Below are positions 1 through 9,995 of a stretch of DNA of 64,000 nucleotides, piece after piece. The position numbers were made by a program, and so were the translations under genes. The notes under the pieces are model-generated. The model did not search any database, was not told where the DNA came from, and was given only the letters and a program-made list of their open reading frames with translations. Source of the DNA: Mobula hypostoma (lineage: Eukaryota); contig NC_086108.1 of NCBI RefSeq assembly GCF_963921235.1, positions 114,888,001-114,952,000 of the forward strand, given 5' to 3'. Within the stretch, counting starts at the first letter, position 1. Each line of letters begins with the position of its first letter.

Positions 1-285
1 GCCCACCGAGTCTGTGCTGACCAGCAACCACCCACTGACATCAATCCTACACGGATCCCATTTTACTACCGCCCCCCCCCCTACATTCCCATCCTCTCCC
101 ACCAGATTCTCCCACACGGGATAATTTACACCGGACAATTCACCCACCGTTAGGATGTGCGAGGGAACCGGAGCACCAGGGGAAACCCACACAGTTACAG
201 GGAGAACGTGCGAACTTCACACAGACAGAACCGGAAATGAGGATCAAACCCTGGTCTCTGGGGCTATGAGGCTGCGGTAATGCAA
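1..285 (-). mobile_element. tRNA-derived V-SINE-like element (HE1-like), degenerate, with LINE-like 3' tail running off the window edge
   Basis: Minus strand reads B-box-like GGTTTGATCC, then the V-domain-like TGTGTGAAGTTCGCACGTTCTCCCTGTAACTGTGTGGGTTTCCC...GGTGCTCCGGTTCCCTCGCACATCC. Related copies occur at 13.2, 14.8, 17.4 and 18.7 kb. Boundaries approximate. Confidence 0.7.
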
Positions 286-412
286 GTTTTTGGGTGGGGC
301 CATATGGTGAGATGGGTTGAGGATCGAGGACATGAGGGGACAAGGCTGTGGGCTCATGGTGGCCTTCTCAGTACGTACCCTGGCTCTGGATGGGCTTCCC
401 TTCTCCTGGCGC

Positions 413-3400
413 TCAGGGAACTTCTGCTCCACCCACAGTCTCCATCGTGCTGAGCTCTGCGGGGCTGGGCTGGACTCCCGGAGTCTCCGCTGGCTGTGTC
501 GGTGTCTCCAGCGGGGCCGCGCAGTCACGGAATCCCCGCTCCGCACTGTGGACACGGGGAAGCGCGGAGTCTCCGGGAACACCCGGTCTGATCAGCTTCC
601 CGGGATCAGCCCAGTCTGGGTCTGGCACACGCCAGAGTCCCGCTGCAGGAGTGAGCGAGCCAGAATATCCCACTTCCCGGAATTTCACTGCCTGTTGATC
701 TGTTGCTCTTCCCTGTCTCCTGGAACCTTGCTCTATTTGAGCAGTGTGTTTACCCTGTGATCCTCCATCACTCCCCTGTACTACTGAACTGTACAGCCTT
801 GCCTGTGGTTCTAGCACTGGCTGGCTGTCCTGTGTACCCGTACTAGTCCCCGCCTCTCTCTCTGCATCATATATTTCTGTTACAGCCTGACCGTCCTGCG
901 TTCCTGTTACAGCCTCACCATTCTGCGTTTCTGTTACAGCCTCACTGTTCTGCATTCCTGTTACAGCATGACCGTCCTGTGTTTCTGTTACAGCCTGACC
1001 ATCCTGTGTTTCTGTTACAGCCTCACTGTTCTGCGTTCCTGTTGCAGCCTGACTGTCCTGTGTTTCTGTTACAGCCTGACCGTCCTGTGTTTCTGTTACA
1101 GCCTGACCATCCTGTGTTTCTGTTACACCCTGACTGTCCTGTGTTTCTTTCACAGCCTCAGTGTCCTGTGTTTCTGTTACAGCCTCAACATCCTGTGTTT
1201 CTGTTACAGCCCCACTATTCTGCATTCCTGTTACAGCCTGACCATCTTGCAATTCTGTTACAGCCTGACTGTCCTGTGCTCTTGTTACAGCCTGAACATC
1301 CTGTGTTTCTGTTACACCCTGACTGTCCTGTGTTTCTTTCACAGCCTCAGTGTCCTGTGTTTCCGTTATAGCCTCAACGTTCTGCGTTTCTGTTACAGTC
1401 TCGCTGTTCTGTGTTCCTGTTACAGCTTCAACGTCCTGTGTTTCTGTTACAGTCTGACTATCCTGTGTTTCCATTACAGACTTACTGTTCTGTGTTCCTG
1501 TTGCAGCGTGACCATTCTGCATTTCTGTTATAGCCTCATCGTCCTGTGTTTCTGTTACAGCCTCAACGTCCTGTGTTTCTGTTACAGCCTCGCTGTTCTG
1601 CGTTCCTGTTACAGCTTCAACGTCCTGTGTTTCTGTTACAGCCTTGCTGTTCTGTGTTCCTGTTGCAGCCTGACCATTCTGCATTTCTGTTATAGCCTCA
1701 TCGTCCTGTGTTTCTGTTACAGCCTCAACGTCCTGTGTTTCTGTTACAGCCTCGCTGTTCTGCATTCCTGTTACAGCTTCAACGTCCTGTGTTTCTGTTA
1801 CAGCCTTGCTGTTCTGCGTTCCTGTTACAGCTTCAACGTCCTGTGTTTCTGTTACAGCCTGACCTTTCTGTATTTTTGTTACAGCCTGACTGTCTTGTGT
1901 TCCTGTTGCAGCCTGACCATCCTGTGTTTCTGTTACAACCACACCATTCTGTCTATCTGTTACAGCCTGACCATCCTGTGTTTCTGTTACAACCTCACCA
2001 TTCTGTCTATATGTTACAGCCTCACTGTTCTGTATTCCTGATACAGCCTGACTGTCCTGTGTTCCTGTTACAGCCTGATCGTCCTGTGTTTCTGTTACAT
2101 CCTGGCCATCTTGTGTTTCTGCTACAGCCTTGCTGTTCTGCATTCCTGTTACAACCTGACTGTCCTGTGTTTCCATTACAGACTTACTGTTCTGCCTTCC
2201 TGTTGCAGCCTGACCACCCTGCATTTCTGTTACAGCCCCAACATCCTGTGTTTCCTTTACAACCTCACTATCCAGTATATTTGTTACAGCCTCACAATTC
2301 TGCATTCCTGTAACATCCTGACCGTCTTGTGTTTCTGTTACAGCCTGACCATCTTGTGTTTCTGTTACAACCTCACCATTCTGCGTATCTGTTACAGCCT
2401 CATTGTTCTGCATTCCTGATACAGCCTGACTGTCCTGTATTCCTGTTACAGCCTGATCGTCCTGTGTTTCTGTTACATCCTGGCCATCTTGTGTTTCTGC
2501 TACAGCCTTGCTGTTCTGTATTCCTGTTACAGCCTGGCCGTCCTGTGTTTCGGTTACAGCCTCACAGTTCTGCATTCCTGTTACACCCTGAACATCTTGT
2601 GTTTCTGTTACAGCCTGACCATTCTGCGTTTCTCTTACACCTTGAATGTCCTGTGTTTCTGTTACAGCCTCACTATTCTGCATTCCTGTTACAGCCTGAC
2701 CATCTTGCAATTCTGTTACAGCCTGACTGTTCTGTGCTCTTGTTACAGCCTGACCATCCTGTGTTTCTGTTATAGCCTCAACGTCCTGTGTTTCTGCTAC
2801 AGCCCCGCTGTTCTGCGTTCCTATTACAGCTTCAACGTCCTGTTTTTCTGTTACAGCCTGACCATCCTGTGTATCTGTTACAGCCTGACTGTTCTGTGTT
2901 CCTGTTACAGCCTGATGATCCCGCATTTCTGTTACAGCCTTATCGTCCTGTGTTTCTGGTACAGCCTGACTGTCCTGCTTTCCTGTTACAAGCTGACCAT
3001 CCTGTGTTTCTGTTACAACATGACCATCCTGTGTTTCTGTTACAGCCTGACTGTCCTGCATTTTGGTTATAGCCTCACCATCCATCATTTCAGTTACAAC
3101 CTCACTGTCCTGCGTTTCTGTTACAACTTCACTGTTCCGTGTTCCTGTTACAGCCTGACCGTCCCGTGTTTCTGTTACAGTATCACTGTTCTGCATTCCT
3201 ATTACAGCCTGACCATCCTGTGTTTCTGTTACAGCGTCACTGTTTTCTGTTCCTGTTACAGCCTGACTGTCCCGTGTTTCTGTTACAGCCTTGCTGACCT
3301 GCATTTCTCTAACAGCCTTACCATCCTGTATTTCTGCTGTAGCCTCACCATTCTGTGTTTCTATTGCAGCCCTGCTGTCCTGTGTTTTGGTTGCAAACTT

Positions 3401-6400
3401 AATGTTTCGTGTTTCTTCTACAACCTCCCAATCCTGCATTTCTATCGCAGCCCTGCTGTCCTGTGTTTTGGTTGCATTCAAGCCATACTGCATTTCTGTT
3501 ATAGCCTCACCATCTTGTGTTTCTTCTACATCCTCGCCATCCTGCGTTCCTGCTATAGCCTCACTATCCTGTGTTTCTGTCACAGTCTCGACATCCTGCA
3601 TTTCTTCTACATCCTCCCCTGCCTGCATCTCTGTTGCAACAATGCCATCTGGCATGTCAGTTACAGCCTCGCCATCCTGTGTTTCTTCTGTGACCTCAGC
3701 GTCCTGTGACTCTCTCACAGTCTCATCACTCTGCAGTTCTGTTACAGCCTCACTGTCCTGCATTTCTTCCACTATCTCACTGTAATCGCTTTCATCTACA
3801 AACTCAGTGCCTTGTGTTTCTTCCAAAGATTCAGCATCCTGCATTTCCGTCACAACTTCCCTCCCCGGTGATACTACAGCAACGCCTGTGCTCTGCGTCC
3901 CCACCACGGCCTTGATTTCCGGCATATCAGCCACTGGCACATGGTCCAGTGTTTCTGACACGGGATTTCTGTCCCGTATTTCCACAAGAAAATTGCTGTC
4001 TTCTATTTCTACCACAGCCACACCACCCTGTGTATCTAGCACAAACCTGCCATCCTGGGTTTCTAATACAACTTCAATGTCCTGCGTTTCTACTGAAACC
4101 TCACTATCCTCTATTTCAACCTTGGCCTTGCTGGCCTGCGTATCTACCACAACATCAAGGTCCTGCATTTCCTCCACAGCCACACCGACCTGCGTTTCGA
4201 CCAATACTTCCATGGTTGGATCACATACAAGGAGGTTGTCCTGCATTTTTACCTTAGCTTCAACGTTTTGTGGTTCTGGTTTTGTCTCCTTGCCGTGTTT
4301 TCCCTCCGTTTCCTTATTGTCCTGTGTATCTTGTGCATTCCCCTCGTCCTGAATTCCCAGCTCGCTGGCTTGTGTTTCTGATGCAGTCTCTCTCTCTCCC
4401 TCTTCCCGTTCTCTCCCCGGTGTTGCCACCCCGCCGGGTGTTCCCGGTCTTTGCTCCCTGTCCTGTGTACCAGACGCAGGGTCTATCCGCTGCTCTGACC
4501 GCACATAGTGAACTACAGCACTGTCCTGCGTTTCTGGCCATATCCTCCCACTCCTCGCCTCCACGGCGCACTCCTTGGCCTGTATTTCTCTCAGCTTAGG
4601 TTGCCCGGGCTCTCGGTCCTGCGTTCCCCACACACATGACTCTAAATCCTGTCGTGCCATCGTTCTCTGCTGCTCGGGCTGCTGTGCTTCTCTAAGTCGC
4701 AGGTCCTGTACCTCCCCCCTATCGCTGTACTGTGTATTCTCTGCCGCCCGTTCCCCTTTCCTATCGCCCGTTTCGGAGCCGTCAGGGGTACGGGGTGCGG
4801 CGGTGTCGTTGAGGCTGCCCACTGAGGTATCCGCTCCCTGTTCCGGGATGATCTCTTCGCCGCTTCCTGTCTCCATCCAGTGAAAGTCTTCTGGTCGGGT
4901 TTCAGCACCCGCGCCAGGACCCTGGATCGGGATCTGCCCCGCGTCCGGGTCTCGAATCGGGATCTTCTCCGGGTCCGGCTCCCGGTCTGGGGTCTGCACC
5001 TGGTCTCTCCGTTCCTGCTGGCTGGACTTGCTTACTCCCTCCCCGGCATCACACCCATGCCCCGGGCTCACTGGCTGTTCTTTCACATCGGGAAAGGATC
5101 TTCGAGAGTTTGCTGACTCCCGCCGCTCTCTAGCCCCGGAACTTGCCCAGACTGAGGTCTCCTCCTTCTCCTCCCGCCCGCTGCCGGAGCTGCCCGTCGC
5201 CGCCAGTCCCGGGCCAAATCCCTCTTCAAGCTCTTCCTCCGCCCAAGTGTCTCCCTCCTCTTCAAAACCATCCTCTATCCCAAAGTCTCCCCACTCTCCC
5301 GGTTCCAAACCCTCCTCCGAGTCTTCCTCAGCTTCAACACTCTCCTCCCTTGTATTTGCCTCTTTCCCCACCCTCACCTCCGCAAAACCCCCCTCTCTCC
5401 GAGCCCCCTCCTCTCCAGTGTTCCCTATGTCACTAATGACCCCCTTCGCAACGTCCCCCGTATCCCCAATATCGCCCTCCTCAGGGTATCCTATCTTACC
5501 AATATTCCCCTCCTCAATGACCCCCATCTCACTAATATCCCTCTCCACTCCATGGTCCTCATTCTCCCCAACTCTGCTCTCCACCTCGACGCCCCACTTC
5601 CCACAAGTGATCCCTTCCTCCCGAATATCCCTCTCTTCCCCGGTGTCTCCCTCTTCACTGTCCCTCAACTCATCCATAATTCCCTCCTTCCTAATGTCCC
5701 TCTCTTCCCTGGTGTCTCCCTCTTCACTGTCCCTCAACTCATCCATAACTCCCTCCTTCCTAATGTCCCTCTCTTCCTTGGTGTCTCCCTCTTCACTGTC
5801 CCTCAACTCATCCATAATTCCCTCCTTCCTAATGCCCCTCTCTTCCCCGGTGTCTCCCTCTTCACTGTCCCTCAACTCATCTATAATTCCCTCCTCCCTA
5901 ATGTCTCCCTCTTCCTCAGTGAGCCCCAGCTCACCTATGAATCCCTTTCCAACAGCTTCGTCGCTCCCAGAGTTTTGCTCCATCCCAAATTCATTCTTCA
6001 CAACTTTTTCTTCTGTCCCACATCCTTGCTCCTCCAGGCTAATTGCTTTCATCCCAACGTCCCCCCACTTTCCCAACTCCCCTCTGGGACTCTCTAGTCG
6101 CCCCTCCTCCCCGAGACCCTCGCGCCGTTCCTGCTTCCCGGGACCCGCCAACCGTTCCTCCTCTCCGGAGCCCCCAGGCCGTCCTTCCTCAGCGGGACCC
6201 GCGGACTGTCCTTCCTGTCCAGGACCCTCGGGACGTCCTTCGTCGGCGGGACCCCCGGACTGTCCGTGACCCTCGGGACGTCCCTCTTCCCCGGCACCCG
6301 CGAGCAGCTGGACCGAGACCCGGCTCTCTCTTCGCTCCTCCCGCCAAGCGCAGCCGCCGCTGAACACGGGTCGGGCCAGAGCCGGGCTGAAGGAAGGGAA

Positions 6401-6483
6401 CTCTTTCTTCCTTCGGGCCGGTAACAGAGTGTCTATTGGCGGCGTCCCGAGGTCCGTGTCCCGGGACGGTGAACGGGTCTCAC
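413..6483 (-). CDS. Giant (6,071-nt) probable terminal coding exon of an unidentified acidic, repeat-rich, low-complexity protein
   Basis: About 2,020 codons with no stop, including ~2.6 kb outside the 27-bp array. Acceptor CTGTTCCTCTGTTACAG|GT at 6485/6484 is phase 1, in frame with the ORF and with the upstream phase-1 exons. The GTG start at 6523 in the ORF track is probably intronic. Stop TGA at 415-413. Confidence 0.75.
880..4270 (-). repeat. Coding 27-bp (9-aa) tandem repeat, consensus AVTETQDGQ, roughly 125 units
   Basis: Plus-strand unit CAGCCTGACCATCCTGTGTTTCTGTTA. The 9-aa periodicity continues in diverged form (VSVETQDIE, VVLETQDGR, IVEEMQDSE) to ~4270. Confidence 0.95.
5620..5915 (-). 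repeat. Coding 69-bp (23-aa) tandem repeat EERDIRKEGIMDELRDSEEGDTG, ~4 copies
   Basis: GTGTCTCCCTCTTCACTGTCCCTCAACTC recurs at 5643, 5712, 5781 and 5850. Confidence 0.95.
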
Positions 6484-6769
6484 CTGTAACAGAGGAACAG
6501 TTCACCGTGAGTCGCACACTCACCGTCCTGGTAACCTGTAACAGCGCTGGTCATTCCGCAACAAATGGGACATCAACCTCCAGAGGAGAGACTAGGAACG
6601 CGGGGCGATACTCACAGAGGTGAGTCCAACCCAACCAGCTGCATACAGACGCCTGCCCTTTAAAACGTTGTCAAAGCCGCCTCCCCGCGAAGGTTAATGG
6701 GCCAAGTGAGGGGATTAGGAGTCGGGCCAGAGAGCGGTGGAGTAACTAAAATGCAGAGACGGGAGGCGC

Positions 6770-8170
6770 ATAGGGGTCGGGGGGAGGTGTTACAGAGAGA
6801 GAGTGGGATGTAGGGGCCGGACGGGGTTACAGAGAGAGAGAGGGTGGGGTGTAGGGGCCCGGGGGAGGTGTTACAGAGAGAGAGAGAGAGGGTGGGGTGT
6901 AGGGGCCGGAGTGAATTACAGAGACAGGGAGGGGTGTAGGGGCCGGAGGGTTTACAGAGACAGGGAGGGGTGTAGGAGCCAGAGGGGGTTGCAGAGACAG
7001 GGAGGGGTGTAGGGGATGAGGGGGTTATAGAGGGAGGGATGGGTGTAGGGGTTGGAGGGGGTTACAGAGACAGGGAGGGGTGTAGGGACCAGGGGGGTTT
7101 ACAGAGACAGGGAGGGGTATAGGGGCCGGAGGGTTTACAGAGACAAGGAGGGGTGTAGGGACCAGAGGGGTTACAGAGACAGGGAGGGGTGTAGGAGCCA
7201 GAGGGAGTTACAGAGACAGGGAGGGGTGTAGGGGATGAGGAAGTTACAGAGGGAGGGATGGGTGTAGGGGCCAGAGGGGTTACAGAGACAGGGAGGGGTG
7301 TAGGAGCCAGAGGGGGTTACAGAGACAGGGAGGGGTGTAGGGGATGAGGGGGTTATAGAGGGAGGGATGGGTGTAGGGGTTGGAGGGGGTTACAGAGACA
7401 GGGAGGGGTGTAGGGACCAGAGGGGTTACAGAGTCAGGGAGGGGTGTAGGGGCTGGAGGGGGTTACAGAAACAGGGAGGGGTGTAGGGACCAGAGGGGTT
7501 ACAGAGACAGGGAGGGGTGTAGGAGCCAGAGGGAGTTACAGAGACAGGGAGGGGTGTAGGGGATGAGGAAGTTACAGAGGGAGGGATGGGTGTAGGGGCC
7601 AGAGGGGTTACAGAGACAGGGAGGGGTGTAGGAGCCAGAGGGGGTTACAGAGACAGGGAGGGGTATAGGGGATGAGGGGGTTATAGAGGGAGGGATGGGT
7701 GTAGGGGTTGGAGGGGGTTACAGAGACAGGGAGGGGTGTAGGGACCAGAGGGGTTACAGAGTCAGGGAGGGGTGTAGGGGCTGGAGGGGGTTACAGAAAC
7801 AGGGAGGGGTGTAGGGACCAGAGGGGTTACAGAGACAGGGAGGGGTGTAGGAGCCAGAGGGGGTTACAGAGACAGGGAGGGGTGTAGGGGATGAGGGGGT
7901 TATAGAGGGAGGGATGGGTGTAGGGGTTGGAGGGGGTTACAGAGACAGGGAGGGGTGTAGGGACCAGAGGGGTTACAGAGACAGGGAGGGGTGTAGGAGC
8001 CAGAGGGGGTTACAGAGACAGGGAGGGGTGTAGGGGATGAGGGGGTTATAGAGGGAGGGATGGGTGTAGGGGTTGGAGGGGGTTACAGAGACAGGGAGGG
8101 GTGTAGGGACCAGAGGGGTTACAGAGACAGGGAGGGGTGTAGGAGCCAGAGAGGGTTACAGAGACAGGAG
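6770..8170 (+). repeat. G-rich 36-37-bp minisatellite with a 146-bp four-unit higher-order period
   Basis: Unit ~GTTACAGAGACAGGGAGGGGTGTAGGGACCAGAGGG; GTAGGGACCA recurs at 7811, 7957 and 8103. Confidence 0.95.
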
Positions 8171-8542
8171 GGATGAGAAGGAAATTGCATTTATATAGCA
8201 CCTCTCCCAGAGTCTGTGATTGTAACCCTGCACTCGGCCGCTTCCTGTCAATCTGAGCCGGAGCTGAAGGTCAGGAGGGCAATAGATTCGCCACGCACTG
8301 GGGGTGTGGTGAGGGAGGACGACCACGGCATAGGTGACCTTCCGCCCGAAGCCGCGTCCGGGGGAGTTGTGTGTACATGTGCCGGCAGGTTTTCACCAAG
8401 TCATCCCCTGGGGTTGGAGAGCCCACATCTCCCGGACACTGACTGCCCCAACACACCGGTCTCAACTAGCGGAATATGGAGTGCTCATCCTCCGTGGTTC
8501 CGTTTGGGCCACTTTACCCCGGCCCGCGTCCTTCTTTTGCCA

Positions 8543-8795
8543 ACACACAAACAAAATGCTGGTGAAGGCAGCAGGCCAGGCAGCATCTATAGGGAGGGGT
8601 ACAGTCGATGGAGTAGACTCGATGGGCCGAATGGCCTACTTCTGCTCCTTTGTCTTGTCTTGTCCTGACGAAGGGTCTCGGCCCGAAACGTCGACTGTAC
8701 CTCTTCCTAGAGATGCTGCCTGGCCTGCTGTGTTCACCAGCAACTTTGATGTGTGTTGCTTGAATTTCCAATTTCTGCAGATTTCCTCGTGTTTT
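8543..8795. mobile_element. Penelope-like terminal relic in inverted-repeat arrangement, with a CR1 3'-tail fragment between the arms
   Basis: 8545-8608 (ATGCTGGTGAAGGCAGCAGGCCAGGCAGCATCTATAGGGAGGGGTACAGTCGA) is the near reverse complement of 8691-8756 (TCGACTGTACCTCTTCCTAGAGATGCTGCCTGGCCTGCTGTGTTCACCAGCA). The family assignment rests on the hammerhead-like core and is an inference. Confidence 0.6.
8660..8697 (+). ncRNA. Minimal type I hammerhead-ribozyme-like motif
   Basis: GTC-CTGACGA-A-GGGT-CTCG-GCCC-GAAA-C-GTC-GAC. It has the CUGANGA and GAAA core boxes, stem II GGGT/GCCC, a GUC triplet at 8690-8692 and short stem I GTC/GAC. Confidence 0.55.
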
Positions 8796-8869
8796 CGATC
8801 TTTCTGCCTTGCGTCTCTACACGCAGCTTCTTTTTATTAGAACATACAACAGCTTCCTCAAAGGTCAAC

Positions 8870-9490
8870 TCGCAGGCTGAATCGGCGGTAAGGAAAACAA
8901 ATGCAACGTCGGCATTCCTTTCCAGCGGAGCAAGCCGAGGCTTCATAAGGCACTAGTGAGGGATCACAGAGAACTGACAGCAGTTTCGGGCCCCTTATCT
9001 AAGAACAGATATGCTGACATTGGAGACGGTCCAGAGGAGATTCGCGAGAATGACAGGGTTAAACGTCTGAGAAGCGCGTTTGATGGCTCTGGGCCTGTAC
9101 TCTCTGTAGTTCAGAAGAATGAGGGGCGATCTCATTGAAACCTACGAATATCGAAAGGCTTACACAGAGTGAAAGTGGCGAGGATATTTCCTATGGTGAG
9201 CAGACGGCACAGCCTCAATAGACAGACATCCATCTGAACAGAGAAGGAATCGCTTTAGCCAGAAGATGCGTGAATCTGTGGAATTCGCTGCCCACACGAC
9301 TGTGGAGGCCAGGTCTTTGGATACGTTTAAAGCAGAGCTCGAAAGGTTCTTGATTAGTCAGGGTGTCAAAGATAATAGGGAGAAAGGGATTGAATTGAGA
9401 GGGATAATATATCAGCCATGATGGAATGGTGGAGCAGACTCGATGTACTGAATGGACTAATTCTGTTTCTATATCTTAAGGTCTTCTGTT
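8870..9490 (+). mobile_element. Degenerate CR1 LINE 3' fragment
   Basis: Resembles the end of CR1 ORF2 and the 3' UTR (GATCTCATTGAAACCTA, GTGAATCTGTGGAATTC, GGAGCAGACTCGATG); many stops and indels. Confidence 0.75.
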
Positions 9491-9499
9491 GTGCTGACC

Positions 9500-9995
9500 T
9501 TTATAAACCTACTTCAACATAACCCATCATTTTTCTATCATCAATGTGCCTATTTAAGAGTCTCTTAAATATCCCTAGTGTATCTGCTCTACCACCAGCC
9601 CTGCAAGTGTGTTCCACGCACCCACCACTCTTTGGGAAAAAACTCATTGACTCTAGTCTAAGCCCGTCTTGTTGATGGACCAGTCCATCTGTATTTTATG
9701 CCTCGATAACTACTTCTGATATTCCCTATAGCCACCACCCTCTGTGTGAAAAACAACCCTTGGGTCCATATTAAGTCCCTTTTCATTGTAAGCACTTTTA
9801 TCACTTCCTCTGACAGCTTATCCCCAAAACCCACCACCCTGTGTGAAAAACATAGCCCCCGGGTTGAGCTAAATCTTTGTGCCCTCTGTGTAACCATCGC
9901 TACCACTTCCTCTGACATAGACCCACCACCCTCTGTTTTAAATCTTGCCCCCTCATCTTGGGCTTGCACACTTTTTCATTCCCTTGCCTTGGGTC
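9500..9995 (-). mobile_element. Old CR1-like 3' fragments, three partial copies of the FFTQRVV-coding segment
   Basis: CCACCAC(T/C)CT...GAAAAA motif at ~9622, 9733 and 9831; the minus ORF reads 'LFFTQRVV' and 'CFSHRVV'. Confidence 0.55.

Noticed and set aside
968..3709. Cys-rich plus-strand ORFs (CFCYSLTVL)n and (VFLLQPDHP)n
   Set aside because: Antisense shadows of the 27-bp coding repeat; they are interrupted by stops while the minus frame stays open throughout.
5028..6269. 413-aa Ser/Pro-rich plus-strand ORF
   Set aside because: Codon-aligned antisense of the Glu/Gly-rich minus-strand frame.
413..6483. Assigning a gene name (RPGR, RP1L1, neurofilament, mucin)
   Set aside because: Only compositional or architectural resemblance; no diagnostic domain is visible in the window.
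6484..6523. GTG start of the 2,036-aa ORF as a single-exon gene
   Set aside because: Non-ATG start in a vertebrate; a good phase-1 acceptor lies at 6485/6484 and matching upstream exons exist.
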